From: an uncultured Mycoplasmatota bacterium
GTDB lineage: Bacteria; Bacillota_I; Bacilli_A; RF39; UBA660
Assembly: GCA_900547465.1 (NCBI GenBank)
Contig: URHJ01000002.1
Location: 12,280-76,279, forward strand
Direction of reading: 5' to 3'
Length of the DNA: 64,000 bases
The notes below the pieces were generated by a model. It saw only the letters and a program-made list of their open reading frames with translations. It made no database searches and was not told the DNA's origin. The translations under genes were made by a program, and so were the position numbers. Of the stretch, positions 1-9,877 are shown in pieces (positions within the stretch are counted from its first letter, which is position 1; each line of letters begins with the position of its first letter).

Positions 1-1
1 A

Positions 2-1117
2 AATAATGCTAAGAGTGAATTTTTATCAAGTATGTCCCATGAGATTAGAACTCCATTGAATGCAATTGTTGGTTTTTCTCAGGCCTTGTCAGAAGAAGAT
101 ATAAATGATAATGCTAAAGATGAAGTTAAAGATATTATGATGGCTTCAAATAGTTTGCTTGAACTAGTTAATGGTATTTTGGATATTTCAAAAATAGAAT
201 CTGGCAAGATTGAAATAGTAAATACTGAGTATCAATTTAAGAATATTTATGATGAGTTAGTAATACTTGCTAAAGCTAGAATGGGTGATAAACCACTTGA
301 TTTTAGATGTCATTATGATGAAGATATCCCTTCTGTTTTATATGGTGATTATACAAGAATAAAACAAATTATATTAAATATTTTAACTAATGCAGTTAAA
401 TATACTAGAGAAGGTTATATATATTTTTCAGTGTCATCTGTAAGAAAAGATGATATTTGTAGACTTATCATTTCAGTAGAAGATAGTGGAATTGGTATTA
501 AACAAGAAAACATACCTAAATTATTTACTAAATTTGAACGACTTGATTTAGAAAAGAATATTACTATTGAAGGAACAGGACTAGGTTTAGCTATTACTAA
601 GAAATTAGTAGAGTTAATGAATGGTACTATTGTAGTTCAAAGTATATATGGAAAGGGTTCTAAGTTTACAATAGCTATAGATCAAAGAGTAGTTCATAAA
701 GAAGTAGTTGTAGAAAAGAGTGAAGAAAAGAAAGTATCAGAAGTACATGCTGAAGGAAGAAAAGTTTTAATTGTTGATGATAATAAGATTAATTTAAAAG
801 TAGCATCACGTCTACTTGAAAACTATAAGCTTGATATAACTACTGTAGAAAGTGGTGCTTTATGTATAGATAAAGTTAATAGTAATACTTATGATTTAAT
901 ATTAATGGACGATATGATGCCTAATATGAGTGGTGTTGAGACACTTCATAAGTTAAAAGAAATTGATGGGTTTGCTACTCCAGTTGTTGCACTTACAGCT
1001 AATGCAGTTACAGGTATGAAGGAGAAGTACTTAAACGATGGATTTGATGATTATTTAGCTAAACCTATTAATAGAGATGAGCTTAATAATATAGTTGCAA
1101 AATATTTAAATAAATAA
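2..1117 (+). CDS. Hybrid sensor histidine kinase, C-terminal part (HisKA, HATPase_c, receiver); 5' end lies outside the window
   Basis: The frame is open to the window edge (NNAKSEFLSSMSHEIRTPLN is the H-box). N box ILTNAVKYT, G1 EDSGIGI and G2 GTGLGLAI are present. A receiver follows: VLIVDDN, LILMDDMMPNMSG, ALTANA, AKP. Confidence 0.9.
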   Translation, partial: NNAKSEFLSSMSHEIRTPLNAIVGFSQALSEEDINDNAKDEVKDIMMASNSLLELVNGILDISKIESGKIEIVNTEYQFKNIYDELVILAKARMGDKPLDFRCHYDEDIPSVLYGDYTRIKQIILNILTNAVKYTREGYIYFSVSSVRKDDICRLIISVEDSGIGIKQENIPKLFTKFERLDLEKNITIEGTGLGLAITKKLVELMNGTIVVQSIYGKGSKFTIAIDQRVVHKEVVVEKSEEKKVSEVHAEGRKVLIVDDNKINLKVASRLLENYKLDITTVESGALCIDKVNSNTYDLILMDDMMPNMSGVETLHKLKEIDGFATPVVALTANAVTGMKEKYLNDGFDDYLAKPINRDELNNIVAKYLNK

Positions 1118-1137
1118 TTGATATAGGAGAGATTTTT

Positions 1138-1962
1138 ATGAAAGATATTAATTTACTAACATCAAATGGTGTTGATGTTAATCATGGATTAGAACTACTA
1201 GGCGATATGGATATGTATAATTCTGTTATAAAAGAATTTTTAGCTTGTTATGATGAGAGGATGAAAAGAATTGCTAATTATAAGAATAATTCAGATATGG
1301 CTAATTATGCAATAGAGGTACATTCTTTAAAGAGTGATTCTAAGTATTTAGGTTTTATGACATTAGCTGATTTAGCTTATAAACATGAAATGGCTAGTAA
1401 AGCAGGAGATATTAATAGTGTTGTTCTTCATTATGATGAGTTGGTAGTAGAAGCTAATAGAATTATTCAAGTTGTTAAGCTTTACTTAGATGGTGATAAT
1501 GTTTCAGCACCACCAACAATAGAAGCTGATAATATTCCTGATAACAATGTTGTGATGATTTCTAAAGAAGAGGTTGAACTTTCGACTAAAGCTATATTGA
1601 TTGCTGATGATTCAAGTATTATAAGGGATTTCGTTAAAGAAATTTTTAGTAATCAGTATGAAGTTCTAATGGCTAAAGATGGGCAGGAAGTAATTAATAT
1701 TATTAGTGCTGATTCTAAGAGAATAGCGGCTCTTTTACTTGATCTTAATATGCCAAATGTAGATGGTTTTGGGGTTTTAGATTATTTAAAAGAGAATAAT
1801 TTATTTACAGTTGTTCCAACATCTATTATTTCTGGAGCAAGTGATAAGGAATCAATCGAAAAGGCATTCAAGTATCCGATTGTAGATATGTTAAATAAGC
1901 CATTTAGTAGAGACAATGTAAAATTAGTTGTGGAGAAAACTGTTGGTATCAGTTCAATGTAA
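1138..1962 (+). CDS. Hpt (histidine phosphotransfer) and receiver-domain fusion protein, paralog 1; no output domain
   Basis: The N-terminal Hpt signature is AIEVHSLKSDSKYLGF. The C-terminal receiver shows ILIADDS, LLLDLNMPNVDG, SIISG and LNKPF. An RBS (GGAGAG) lies upstream of the ATG. Confidence 0.8.
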   Translation: MKDINLLTSNGVDVNHGLELLGDMDMYNSVIKEFLACYDERMKRIANYKNNSDMANYAIEVHSLKSDSKYLGFMTLADLAYKHEMASKAGDINSVVLHYDELVVEANRIIQVVKLYLDGDNVSAPPTIEADNIPDNNVVMISKEEVELSTKAILIADDSSIIRDFVKEIFSNQYEVLMAKDGQEVINIISADSKRIAALLLDLNMPNVDGFGVLDYLKENNLFTVVPTSIISGASDKESIEKAFKYPIVDMLNKPFSRDNVKLVVEKTVGISSM

Positions 1963-1972
1963 GGAGTAGTAT

Positions 1973-2770
1973 ATGAAAGATGTTAATTTATTAAAAACAA
2001 ATGGAGTAGATGTAGATAAGGCGTTAGAATTATTTGGTGATATGGATATGTACGATTCTACGTTAGAAGATTTTTTAAATGAGGTATCTAATAGATTAGA
2101 AAGAATAAAAAAGTATAAAGAGACTTCAGATATGGCTAATTATGCGATAGAAGTACATGCCTTAAAGAGTGATTCTAAATATTTTGGATTCACAGTTTTA
2201 GCTGATTTAGCTTATCAACATGAGATGGCTAGTAAACAGAATAATATGTTTTATGTAGTTGATCATTATGATGAGTTAGAAAAGGAAGCTGTTAGAATTG
2301 TTAAGCTTGTAGAACAATACTTAGGAAGAAGTAGTAGTGTAATTAAAGAAGTAGAAAATAATAGTAATGATGCAGTAATATTAACAGATAAGACAATATT
2401 AGTAGTAGATGATTCTAATGTAACTAGAAACTTCGTTCAAAAGATTTTCGCAAGTCAATATAAAGTTTTAGTTGCTACAGATGGTCGTGATGCAATTAAT
2501 ATTATTTCAAATAATCTAGATCATAAAATAGTCGCAGTATTACTTGATCTTAATATGCCTGGATTAAATGGATTTGATGTATTGGAATATTTTAAAACTA
2601 ATAATTTATTCTCTTTAATACCAGTTTCTATTATTACTAGTGACACAACTCAAGAGACTAGAAATAGAGTTTTCTCATATGGTGTTGTAGATATTTTGGT
2701 TAAACCATTTAATGAGAGAGATATAAAACAAGTTCTTGATAAGACAATTTATTTTAATGATCAATTATAG
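1973..2770 (+). CDS. Hpt and receiver-domain fusion protein, paralog 2 (tandem duplicate of 1138..1962)
   Basis: It is colinear with the previous protein (MKDVNLLKTNGVDV..., AIEVHALKSDSKYFGF). The receiver shows ILVVDDS, LLDLNMPGLNG, SIITS and LVKPF. An RBS (AAGGAG) lies upstream. Confidence 0.8.
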   Translation: MKDVNLLKTNGVDVDKALELFGDMDMYDSTLEDFLNEVSNRLERIKKYKETSDMANYAIEVHALKSDSKYFGFTVLADLAYQHEMASKQNNMFYVVDHYDELEKEAVRIVKLVEQYLGRSSSVIKEVENNSNDAVILTDKTILVVDDSNVTRNFVQKIFASQYKVLVATDGRDAINIISNNLDHKIVAVLLDLNMPGLNGFDVLEYFKTNNLFSLIPVSIITSDTTQETRNRVFSYGVVDILVKPFNERDIKQVLDKTIYFNDQL

Positions 2771-2798
2771 AAATCAACTATTTGTTGATTTTTCTTTT
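2771..2798 (+). terminator. Rho-independent terminator after the Hpt-REC pair
   Basis: Hairpin aatcaac/gttgatt followed by a T-rich run. Confidence 0.5.
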
Positions 2799-2837
2799 GT
2801 TTTTCTTTATACTAAGTAGCAATAAGAGGTGATATTA

Positions 2838-3401
2838 ATGGATGATGTATTTGAATCACTTACAAAAGAAGTTAAAATTATTCAATCAAGAGATTCCCAT
2901 TTTAAGGGACGTAGACATGTACCTGATAGTTATTTTTATACTGATTTATATAAGGAAGAATTAAAAAATACTGATGATGAATATACAGAGTATGATGTTT
3001 CTTATGATGAAAAAAGTAGGGATGAGGTTATGATTGAGATTGTTTTCTTACTTGATTGTTATAGTGAAATATATAAAGTTCCTACTGTTAGAATAAGCAA
3101 TAAGGAATGGGATATATTATTTGAAGAAGTATATGATTTTTATACTGAATATGATTTGAATTACTTTTTTGAACAAGATATGTTAATGTTTAATCGTTTA
3201 GCAATATCGAGATCATTATTATATAATAAAAAGTATTTAGATATATCTGATTATATTAATAGTTTTAATTATTTAGACTCTATGGTTCTTACTGAAGGCG
3301 AAAAGAAGACTTTAAATAAACGTGTAGATATGTTATGTGATAAAGAAAAAGTTATACCTATGGAGAAGTTCTTACAGAAGAAGTTTGACAGAAGAGTATA
3401 G
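2838..3401 (+). CDS. Hypothetical acidic, Tyr/Asp/Glu-rich cytoplasmic protein
   Basis: This is a long ORF. The ATG at 2838 sits 6 nt after RBS AGAGGTGA, so the ORF-track GTG at 2829 is probably not the start. I recognised no family. Confidence 0.55.
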   Translation: MDDVFESLTKEVKIIQSRDSHFKGRRHVPDSYFYTDLYKEELKNTDDEYTEYDVSYDEKSRDEVMIEIVFLLDCYSEIYKVPTVRISNKEWDILFEEVYDFYTEYDLNYFFEQDMLMFNRLAISRSLLYNKKYLDISDYINSFNYLDSMVLTEGEKKTLNKRVDMLCDKEKVIPMEKFLQKKFDRRV

Positions 3402-3414
3402 AATGTGTTATAAT
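3385..3414 (+). promoter_or_regulatory. Sigma-A-type promoter of the rplU operon
   Basis: TTGACA (3385-3390), 18 nt spacer, then extended -10 TGtTATAAT (3406-3414). Confidence 0.55.
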
Positions 3415-3420
3415 TTAGAT

Positions 3421-3505
3421 GTTTGACGCCTCATGCTCAAACCGCATTGAAAAGGTAGAAACAAGTATCTTGTACCTTAAGAGCGAGTCTTAAGTTAAAA
3501 AAAAG
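3421..3505 (+). promoter_or_regulatory. Structured 5' leader of rplU (candidate ribosomal-protein L21 leader)
   Basis: Hairpins gtttga/tcaaac and aaggta..caag-tat-cttg..tacctt lie between the promoter and the rplU RBS. Structured rplU leaders are known in Bacillota. Not verified against a covariance model. Confidence 0.4.
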
Positions 3506-3516
3506 GAGGTATATGA

Positions 3517-3819
3517 ATGAACGCTGTAATTAAAGTTGGTGGAAAACAATATTATGTTACTGAAGGATGCGAAATTTTCGTAGAAAAATTAAACGCTAAT
3601 AGTGGTGATGTTGTTACATTTGATCAAGTTTTAATGTTAGACAGTAAGGTTGGAAACCCATACCTTAGTGGTGTTACTGTAACTGGTGAAGTGGTTAAGA
3701 ATGGAAAACAAAAGAAAATAAGAGTTTTCACATATAAATCTAAAGATAGATCTAACCGTAAAACTCAAGGACATAGACAACCTTATACACAAATCAAAAT
3801 TACAAAAATTAATGGTTAA
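3517..3819 (+). CDS. rplU: 50S ribosomal protein L21
   Basis: [17 protein letters not shown]...[11 protein letters not shown] is the typical L21 sequence, in rplU-prp-rpmA operon context. Confidence 0.95.
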   Translation: MNAVIKVGGKQYYVTEGCEIFVEKLNANSGDVVTFDQVLMLDSKVGNPYLSGVTVTGEVVKNGKQKKIRVFTYKSKDRSNRKTQGHRQPYTQIKITKING

Positions 3820-3821
3820 TT

Positions 3822-4124
3822 ATGATTAAAGTAAATGTTGTAAAAGAAAACTCAAACTATAAAAAAATATCTATATTAGGCCATGCTATGTATGATGATT
3901 ATGGAAAGGATATTGTTTGTAGTGCGGTTAGTAGTATTGTTACTACTACTGTGAATGGATTACTTTCACTTGATAGAGAAAGTATTACTTATATGGTAAG
4001 TAAAAAAGGAATGACTATTACAATTAATAGTAGTGATCGTACAACTCAAATATTAATTCGTAATATGATTAACCTATTAAAAGAATTAGAAAAAAATTAT
4101 AAAGAAAATATAGAAGTGAAATAA
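3822..4124 (+). CDS. prp: Ribosomal-processing cysteine protease Prp (YsxB family)
   Basis: A 100-aa protein between rplU and rpmA with the motifs GHA...D(I)VCSAVS. Confidence 0.85.
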   Translation: MIKVNVVKENSNYKKISILGHAMYDDYGKDIVCSAVSSIVTTTVNGLLSLDRESITYMVSKKGMTITINSSDRTTQILIRNMINLLKELEKNYKENIEVK

Positions 4125-4137
4125 GGAGGAACAGTCA

Positions 4138-4425
4138 ATGAGATTTTTAGAATTAGATATCCAATTATTTGCTCACCACAAAGGACAAGGTTCTACTTCA
4201 AACGGACGTGATTCTGCTGGTCGTAGACTTGGAGCAAAAGCAGCTGATGGACAATTCGTTACTGCTGGATCTATTATTTATCGTCAACGTGGAACTAGAA
4301 TTTATCCTGGTGTAAACGTTAGACGTGGAAATGATGATACTATCTATGCAACAGTAGATGGTGTTGTAAAATTCGAACGTTTAGGAAGAGACAAGAAACA
4401 AGCTTCTGTTTATCCTAATGCATAA
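4138..4425 (+). CDS. rpmA: 50S ribosomal protein L27 with an N-terminal propeptide
   Basis: [26 protein letters not shown]... The propeptide ends in LFA, as expected for a Prp-cleaved Firmicute L27. Confidence 0.95.
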   Translation: MRFLELDIQLFAHHKGQGSTSNGRDSAGRRLGAKAADGQFVTAGSIIYRQRGTRIYPGVNVRRGNDDTIYATVDGVVKFERLGRDKKQASVYPNA

Positions 4426-4428
4426 TGA

Positions 4429-4457
4429 ACAAGTAGTATTTACTACTTGTTTTTTTT
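4429..4457 (+). terminator. Rho-independent terminator after rpmA
   Basis: acaagtagta-ttt-tactacttgt followed by T7. Confidence 0.7.
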
Positions 4458-4497
4458 CTGTCTTATGGTATAATATCAAAAATAAAAGAGGGGGTGT

Positions 4498-4863
4498 GTG
4501 GTGTTGAATGAAGATGATAGAATAGCTTATCTTAATAAAGAAATTCTACAGAAGAAAAGATCGATTAGAAATTTAGAATTGTTTGAGGGAACTGTTGCTA
4601 CAGTGTTATCTAGTAGTATTATAATAAGCGGTACTTTTGCTATAATAAAAAATTATCATATTGATTTTATTCAATATTTAACTCCAACACTTGTTCTTTC
4701 TGTTTTATTTGTGGGGAGTTCTCCATGTGTTTTATTGCCAACAAGAAGAGCAATGTTAAAAAAAATCAAGTATGATAAAGAGATAAAAGAGGCAATGAAT
4801 GAGTTACATGGTTATGCTTTAGAAGAAGATAAAAAATTAATGTTAAAGAAAGATAAGATATGA
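4498..4863 (+). CDS. Hypothetical small membrane protein (2 predicted TM helices)
   Basis: The ORF follows RBS AGAGGGGG with a GTG/TTG start. Hydrophobic segments are VATVLSSSIIISGTFAII and LTPTLVLSVLFVGSSPCVLL. It sits where Bacillus has spo0B. Confidence 0.5.
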   Translation: MVLNEDDRIAYLNKEILQKKRSIRNLELFEGTVATVLSSSIIISGTFAIIKNYHIDFIQYLTPTLVLSVLFVGSSPCVLLPTRRAMLKKIKYDKEIKEAMNELHGYALEEDKKLMLKKDKI

Positions 4864-4894
4864 TATAATTATAAAAGATATAAGAGGTGTAAAT

Positions 4895-6178
4895 ATGTTT
4901 GTAGATGAGGTAGTAATAAAAGTAATTGCAGGAAAAGGTGGAGATGGTTGTACCGCTTTTCGTCGTGAGAAATATGTAGAAATGGGAGGACCTTATGGTG
5001 GTAATGGAGGTCATGGAGGAGATATTATATTCATGGTTGATGAGGGACTTCATACTTTATTGGATTTAAGATATCAAAAAACTTTAAAGGCACCTAAGGG
5101 TGAAAATGGAAAAGGTAAGAATCAACATGGTAAAGGAGCTCTTCCTTTGATAGTAAAAGTTCCACTTGGTACAGTTATTACTGATTTAGATACAGGATTT
5201 ATCTTAGGTGATTTGAAGGAAAAAGATAGTAAAGTTGTAGTAGCAAAAGGTGGTCGTGGAGGTCGTGGAAACACAGCTTTTAAAACTCAAACTAATACAG
5301 CTCCTAATTTTTCTGAAAATGGAGAAGAAGGGGAAGAAAAGAACTTAAAAGTAGAGGTAAAAATGCTTGCGGATGTTGGACTAGTTGGACTTCCTAGTGT
5401 AGGGAAAAGTACAATAATTTCTTGTGTATCAAGATCTAAACCTAAGATAGCAGCTTATCATTTTACAACTCTTACTCCTAATCTTGGTGTTAGTAGATCT
5501 TCATCAGGTAAAAGTTTTGTTATTGCTGACTTACCAGGTTTAATAGAAGGAGCTAGTAAGGGAGAAGGTTTAGGAGATAAGTTTTTACGACATATTGAGA
5601 GAACTAAAGTAATTGCACATGTTATAGATATGGCAGCTACTGAAGGTAGAGATCCGTATGAGGATTATTTACTAATAAATAAAGAATTAGAAGAATTTAA
5701 TCCAAAACTATTGAAAAAACCACAAATAATTATTGCTAATAAAATGGATGTAGATACTTTTTCAGATAATTTAGATAAATTTATAGAAAAATTAAATAAT
5801 AAAGATATAAAAATATTTAAAGTAAGTGCAGCTACTAATAAGGGGTTAACTGAAGTTATTGATTCATTAGCTGAAATACTTGATAATACACCAGATGCAC
5901 CATTGTTTGATGAAGATGATTTTGAGAGTCATGTATTATATAAATTTAAAAGAGAAGAACCTTATACAATTACTCATGATGAAGAAGATTTATGGACAAT
6001 TAGTGGTAAAGAAATAGAAAAATTATTCAAAATGACAAAATTTTCTTCTGAAGAAGGAATGTTACGTTTTACTAAGAAACTTAGAAGAATGGGTATTGAT
6101 GATAAGCTAAGGGAGTTAGGTGCAAAAGAGGGAGACCAAGTTAGAATACTAGATTTCTATTTTGATTATAAAGATTAA
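4895..6178 (+). CDS. obg: GTPase Obg/CgtA
   Basis: Obg fold MFVDEVVIKVIAGKGGDGC...GGNGGHGGD, G1 GLPSVGKST, G3 DLPG, NKMD, and a C-terminal OCT domain. Confidence 0.95.
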   Translation: MFVDEVVIKVIAGKGGDGCTAFRREKYVEMGGPYGGNGGHGGDIIFMVDEGLHTLLDLRYQKTLKAPKGENGKGKNQHGKGALPLIVKVPLGTVITDLDTGFILGDLKEKDSKVVVAKGGRGGRGNTAFKTQTNTAPNFSENGEEGEEKNLKVEVKMLADVGLVGLPSVGKSTIISCVSRSKPKIAAYHFTTLTPNLGVSRSSSGKSFVIADLPGLIEGASKGEGLGDKFLRHIERTKVIAHVIDMAATEGRDPYEDYLLINKELEEFNPKLLKKPQIIIANKMDVDTFSDNLDKFIEKLNNKDIKIFKVSAATNKGLTEVIDSLAEILDNTPDAPLFDEDDFESHVLYKFKREEPYTITHDEEDLWTISGKEIEKLFKMTKFSSEEGMLRFTKKLRRMGIDDKLRELGAKEGDQVRILDFYFDYKD

Positions 6179-6193
6179 TTAGGGGTGAATTAG

Positions 6194-6892
6194 TTGTTAA
6201 CGATATGTACTTTTAATATAAAAAATAATTATAGAGATTACCAATCTGATAAAGCAGATAAGATTATAGAGTTTATAAATCAAAATAAGATAGATTATTT
6301 GTGTCTTCAGGAGGTTTTTACAAAGTGTAGGCGAGACTTACAAAAAAATTTACGTGGTACTAAATATAAAATCTATGGAAAGTATAGATTTAGTTTACCT
6401 ATATTTACTCCTATAAATGAGGCTGTCTCCATTATTACAAAAGAAAAAGTATTATATAATAGGACATATCATTTACCATTCTTACCATCAGGGTTAAAAA
6501 GAGTTGTTACTAAGATTGTAACAAAAACTGATGATTTAGGTTGTGTTACGATTTTAAATACACATCTTGATTATATGTTTGATTTTGTAAAGAAAAGACA
6601 ATTGAAAAAGATAATTAAATTAATAGAAACAGAAAAAAATCCAGTAATCTTAACAGGAGACTTTAACTTAAAAATAAATAATCCAATTTTTAAAGAGTTT
6701 ATAAATAAACTAAATAATCTTGGATTAAAAAGAGTAGATATTCATGAGAAAACACTAAAACAATCTAGATACAATAGGTCTATAGATCATATCTTTATTC
6801 CTGATGATTACGATGTAGAGTTATTAGAAGTAATCAAAGATTTGGATATTAGTGATCATTATCCTGTTTTATTAAAAGTATCTAAAAAATAG
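6194..6892 (+). CDS. Endonuclease/exonuclease/phosphatase (EEP) family protein
   Basis: Motifs LCLQEV, LNTHLDY, LTGDFN, SIDHIF and SDHYPV. Confidence 0.7.
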   Translation: MLTICTFNIKNNYRDYQSDKADKIIEFINQNKIDYLCLQEVFTKCRRDLQKNLRGTKYKIYGKYRFSLPIFTPINEAVSIITKEKVLYNRTYHLPFLPSGLKRVVTKIVTKTDDLGCVTILNTHLDYMFDFVKKRQLKKIIKLIETEKNPVILTGDFNLKINNPIFKEFINKLNNLGLKRVDIHEKTLKQSRYNRSIDHIFIPDDYDVELLEVIKDLDISDHYPVLLKVSKK

Positions 6893-6900
6893 GTGGTTGT

Positions 6901-9396
6901 ATGAAAAAGTTAAAAAAAATAGATAAGAATTATTTATTAATAATAGTTTTTGGACTGTTGGCTTTATATTTAGTTGTACCAGAAAACTATATTTTTGGTT
7001 CTAATACGGATTGGGTAAGTCAACATATAGTGTTTCCTGATTATTTCAGAAAATTATTTTATTCTACTAAAAATTTATTTCCTAATTTAGCTTTATCAAT
7101 AGGTGCTGGTCAAAATATTTATAATTTTTCATATTATGGACTTCTTAGTCCTTGGTTATTATTATCATATTTATTTCCATTTATTAGTATGAAAAATTAT
7201 ATAATTATTTTAAACAGTGTTATTTATTGTTTATTTGGTGTTTTATTATATAAATTTCTTAAGCCAAAATATAAAGAAAATATTAGTTTGGCAGTAACTA
7301 TTTTAACGATGTGTGCGGCACCAATACTTTTTCATTTACATAGACATTTTATGTTTGTTAACTATTTACCATTTTTAATACTAGGACTTATTGGTGTAGA
7401 TAGATATTTTGAATCTGGTAAAAGATATATAATATCTATTAGTATATTTTTAATAATTATGACTAGTTATTATTTTAGTGTTTTTGGAATAGGGGTTATT
7501 TGTATTTATGGTTTGTATAAGTATTTAGAAAGTACTGAAATAATAAAGTTTAAGATTCTAATAAAAGAAATGATAAAATTTTTGATTCCTGTTTTTATAG
7601 GTATTTTATTAAGCTCTTTATTATTATTCCCTACTATCTATGTATTAAAAACAGGTAGAGCTGAAGTTTCTAAAACTATATCTTTAGCTAATTATTTTAT
7701 ACCACATTTTGGTGTTGAATTCTTTTTATATAGTAATTATGGACTTGGACTTACATCTATTGCGATGATAGGATTGTTTTCATTTATCTGTTCAGGAAAA
7801 AAAGAAAAGAAATGTTTAGGCATTTTACTTTTATTGATTTTAACAGTACCGTTATTTATCTATTTATTAAACGGTAATCTATATTATAGGGGAAAGGTTT
7901 TAATACCAGCAATACCATTATTTTCAATTATAATAGCTGATTTATTAACAAATATAGTGGAGAAAAAAATAGAAATAAAGAAATTATTATTTATTTCAAC
8001 TTTATGTGTTTTAGTATCTTTACTATCTTTATATTTTAATATCGTATTCTATATAGAAATAGTATGTATGATTTTAATTATTTATTTTTATTATAAGGAA
8101 TACACTAATAAAAAAATGTTAATACTAGTAATTATGATACCGGCATTAATTACAGTATATGTTTCTAATGCTTTTGAAAATTATGTTTTTTCTTCTACTA
8201 AAGGTAGAGATCAAAAAACTAGTGCTGATATAGAGAAAGTATTAAAAAAAGAAAAGAATTTGGTAAGGTTTAATAATTTAGATGATACCTTGTCTAATGT
8301 TAATGAAGTATATATTACTAAGTATAATCAAGATTCATTATATTCTTCTGTATCTAATCCGTTATATAAAAACTTTTATACTAAGGTTTTTAAAAATGCT
8401 CTTTCCTATAGAAATAACTTAGTTTTAGCTCAAAATAACGATATTTTATTTCAAACTTTTATGGGAGTTAAGTATATATATTCAAAGGAAGGAGTTCCAA
8501 TTGGTTATACAAAAATAGCTGATAATATTTATAAAAATAATAATGTCCTACCTGTTTTTTATGGTACAGATGACTTGACTAGTAAAAAAGTATTTAATCG
8601 TTTGAATTATCCATATAATATTGGTACACTTTTAAATAGTGTTGTTGTAGATGGAAAATCAACTAAAGATGCGACTAATACTATAGAAGAGATTCCTCTT
8701 GATTATAATGTAGAAAAAGAAGAGGGAGTAAAAGTCTCTAGGAATGATAAATATATTAAAGTTAAAAGTAAGGGAAATGGACGAATAGTACTTAATACTA
8801 ATCAAAAGCTTGATGAAGAGATTTTGATAATTCAATTTAAATTGAAAGATACTCCTGATTGTAAGAAGGGTGATGCTAGAATTACAATTAATGGAATTAG
8901 TAATACGTTAACTTGCAAACAATGGATATATAAAAATAATAATAAAGTATTTAACTATGTTATATCATCAAATAAAGATTTAAGTAAGTTAGAGATTTTG
9001 TTTGATAAGGGAGTTTATAAAATAAAAAATATTAAAGCCTATGAATTAAAATATTCAGATATTGAGGGTAGAAAAAAATCTCTTTCAAAGTTTAATTTAA
9101 ATCAATCTAAAACTATTGGTGATACTATTACTGGTAGTATTGATATGAAAGATGATGGGTATTTTGTAACAAGTATTCCATATGATAAAGGATTCAATGT
9201 CTTTGTTGATGGTAAGAGTGTAAAAAAAGAAATAGTAAACACAGCATTTTTAGGATTTAAATTAGATAAGGGTTATCACAAGATAAAAATAGTTTATCAT
9301 TCTCCTTTATTTAGAGAGGGTAGTATTATTTCAATAATAGGATTAATTTTACTATTTATAGAAATATTTATTGATTTAAAAAAGAAAAGGACTTAG
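6901..9396 (+). CDS. YfhO-family polytopic membrane protein (putative glycosyl-transfer/glycopolymer modification)
   Basis: N-terminal GSNTDWVSQHIVFPDYF...YYGLLSPWLLLSYLFP, many TM helices, and a large C-terminal extracytoplasmic domain with a final TM. Confidence 0.75.
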   Translation: MKKLKKIDKNYLLIIVFGLLALYLVVPENYIFGSNTDWVSQHIVFPDYFRKLFYSTKNLFPNLALSIGAGQNIYNFSYYGLLSPWLLLSYLFPFISMKNYIIILNSVIYCLFGVLLYKFLKPKYKENISLAVTILTMCAAPILFHLHRHFMFVNYLPFLILGLIGVDRYFESGKRYIISISIFLIIMTSYYFSVFGIGVICIYGLYKYLESTEIIKFKILIKEMIKFLIPVFIGILLSSLLLFPTIYVLKTGRAEVSKTISLANYFIPHFGVEFFLYSNYGLGLTSIAMIGLFSFICSGKKEKKCLGILLLLILTVPLFIYLLNGNLYYRGKVLIPAIPLFSIIIADLLTNIVEKKIEIKKLLFISTLCVLVSLLSLYFNIVFYIEIVCMILIIYFYYKEYTNKKMLILVIMIPALITVYVSNAFENYVFSSTKGRDQKTSADIEKVLKKEKNLVRFNNLDDTLSNVNEVYITKYNQDSLYSSVSNPLYKNFYTKVFKNALSYRNNLVLAQNNDILFQTFMGVKYIYSKEGVPIGYTKIADNIYKNNNVLPVFYGTDDLTSKKVFNRLNYPYNIGTLLNSVVVDGKSTKDATNTIEEIPLDYNVEKEEGVKVSRNDKYIKVKSKGNGRIVLNTNQKLDEEILIIQFKLKDTPDCKKGDARITINGISNTLTCKQWIYKNNNKVFNYVISSNKDLSKLEILFDKGVYKIKNIKAYELKYSDIEGRKKSLSKFNLNQSKTIGDTITGSIDMKDDGYFVTSIPYDKGFNVFVDGKSVKKEIVNTAFLGFKLDKGYHKIKIVYHSPLFREGSIISIIGLILLFIEIFIDLKKKRT

Positions 9397-9728
9397 TTCT
9401 TTTCTTTTGGTTTACTTATCTTTAATATTTGGTTTATTTCTAAATCTTTGGTTGTTTCTAATGGTAAAAAATAAACATATTTAACATTAAATTTGGGAAA
9501 TATTAGTTTCTCAGTTTTACAATTTGGATATATATAAAGTACTTTATTATTTTCATCAGTCATTATGATATCAACTCTTTGAAACAAAAAATATGTATTG
9601 GCATAATGAGATTTAAAACGGTAGGCATCCTTTATTGGCTCTAGGACAAATTTTATACCTTTTAATTTTTCAAAAAAATTATTCTTTTCTACTATGTTTA
9701 GTTTTTTCTTATTAATAATTAATTTCAT
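9393..9728 (-). CDS. Hypothetical protein, possibly DUF192-like
   Basis: A 111-aa ORF with a good RBS context. The loose pattern KGIKF...YFLFQRVDIIMTDENNKVLYIY recalls DUF192. It has a 4-nt convergent overlap with the yfhO-like gene. Confidence 0.3.
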   Translation of the reverse strand: MKLIINKKKLNIVEKNNFFEKLKGIKFVLEPIKDAYRFKSHYANTYFLFQRVDIIMTDENNKVLYIYPNCKTEKLIFPKFNVKYVYFLPLETTKDLEINQILKISKPKEKN

Positions 9729-9877
9729 AAAATCACCAACTTTATTTAATTAATTTTATCATAAAAGTTGAAAAAAGTGAATTAAAGAGATTAATCAGTA
9801 CAGTTCTTAAAATAATGTCATATGAAATATTTGATTTTAATGATATAATAATTATTAACTTGTTAGAGGTGGGATTA

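Noticed and set aside
4766-5053. 95-aa minus-strand ORF overlapping the end of the small membrane protein gene and the start of obg
   Set aside because: It is antisense to well-supported genes and has low-complexity I/Y/F/L-rich translation typical of AT-rich antisense frames. It has no RBS.
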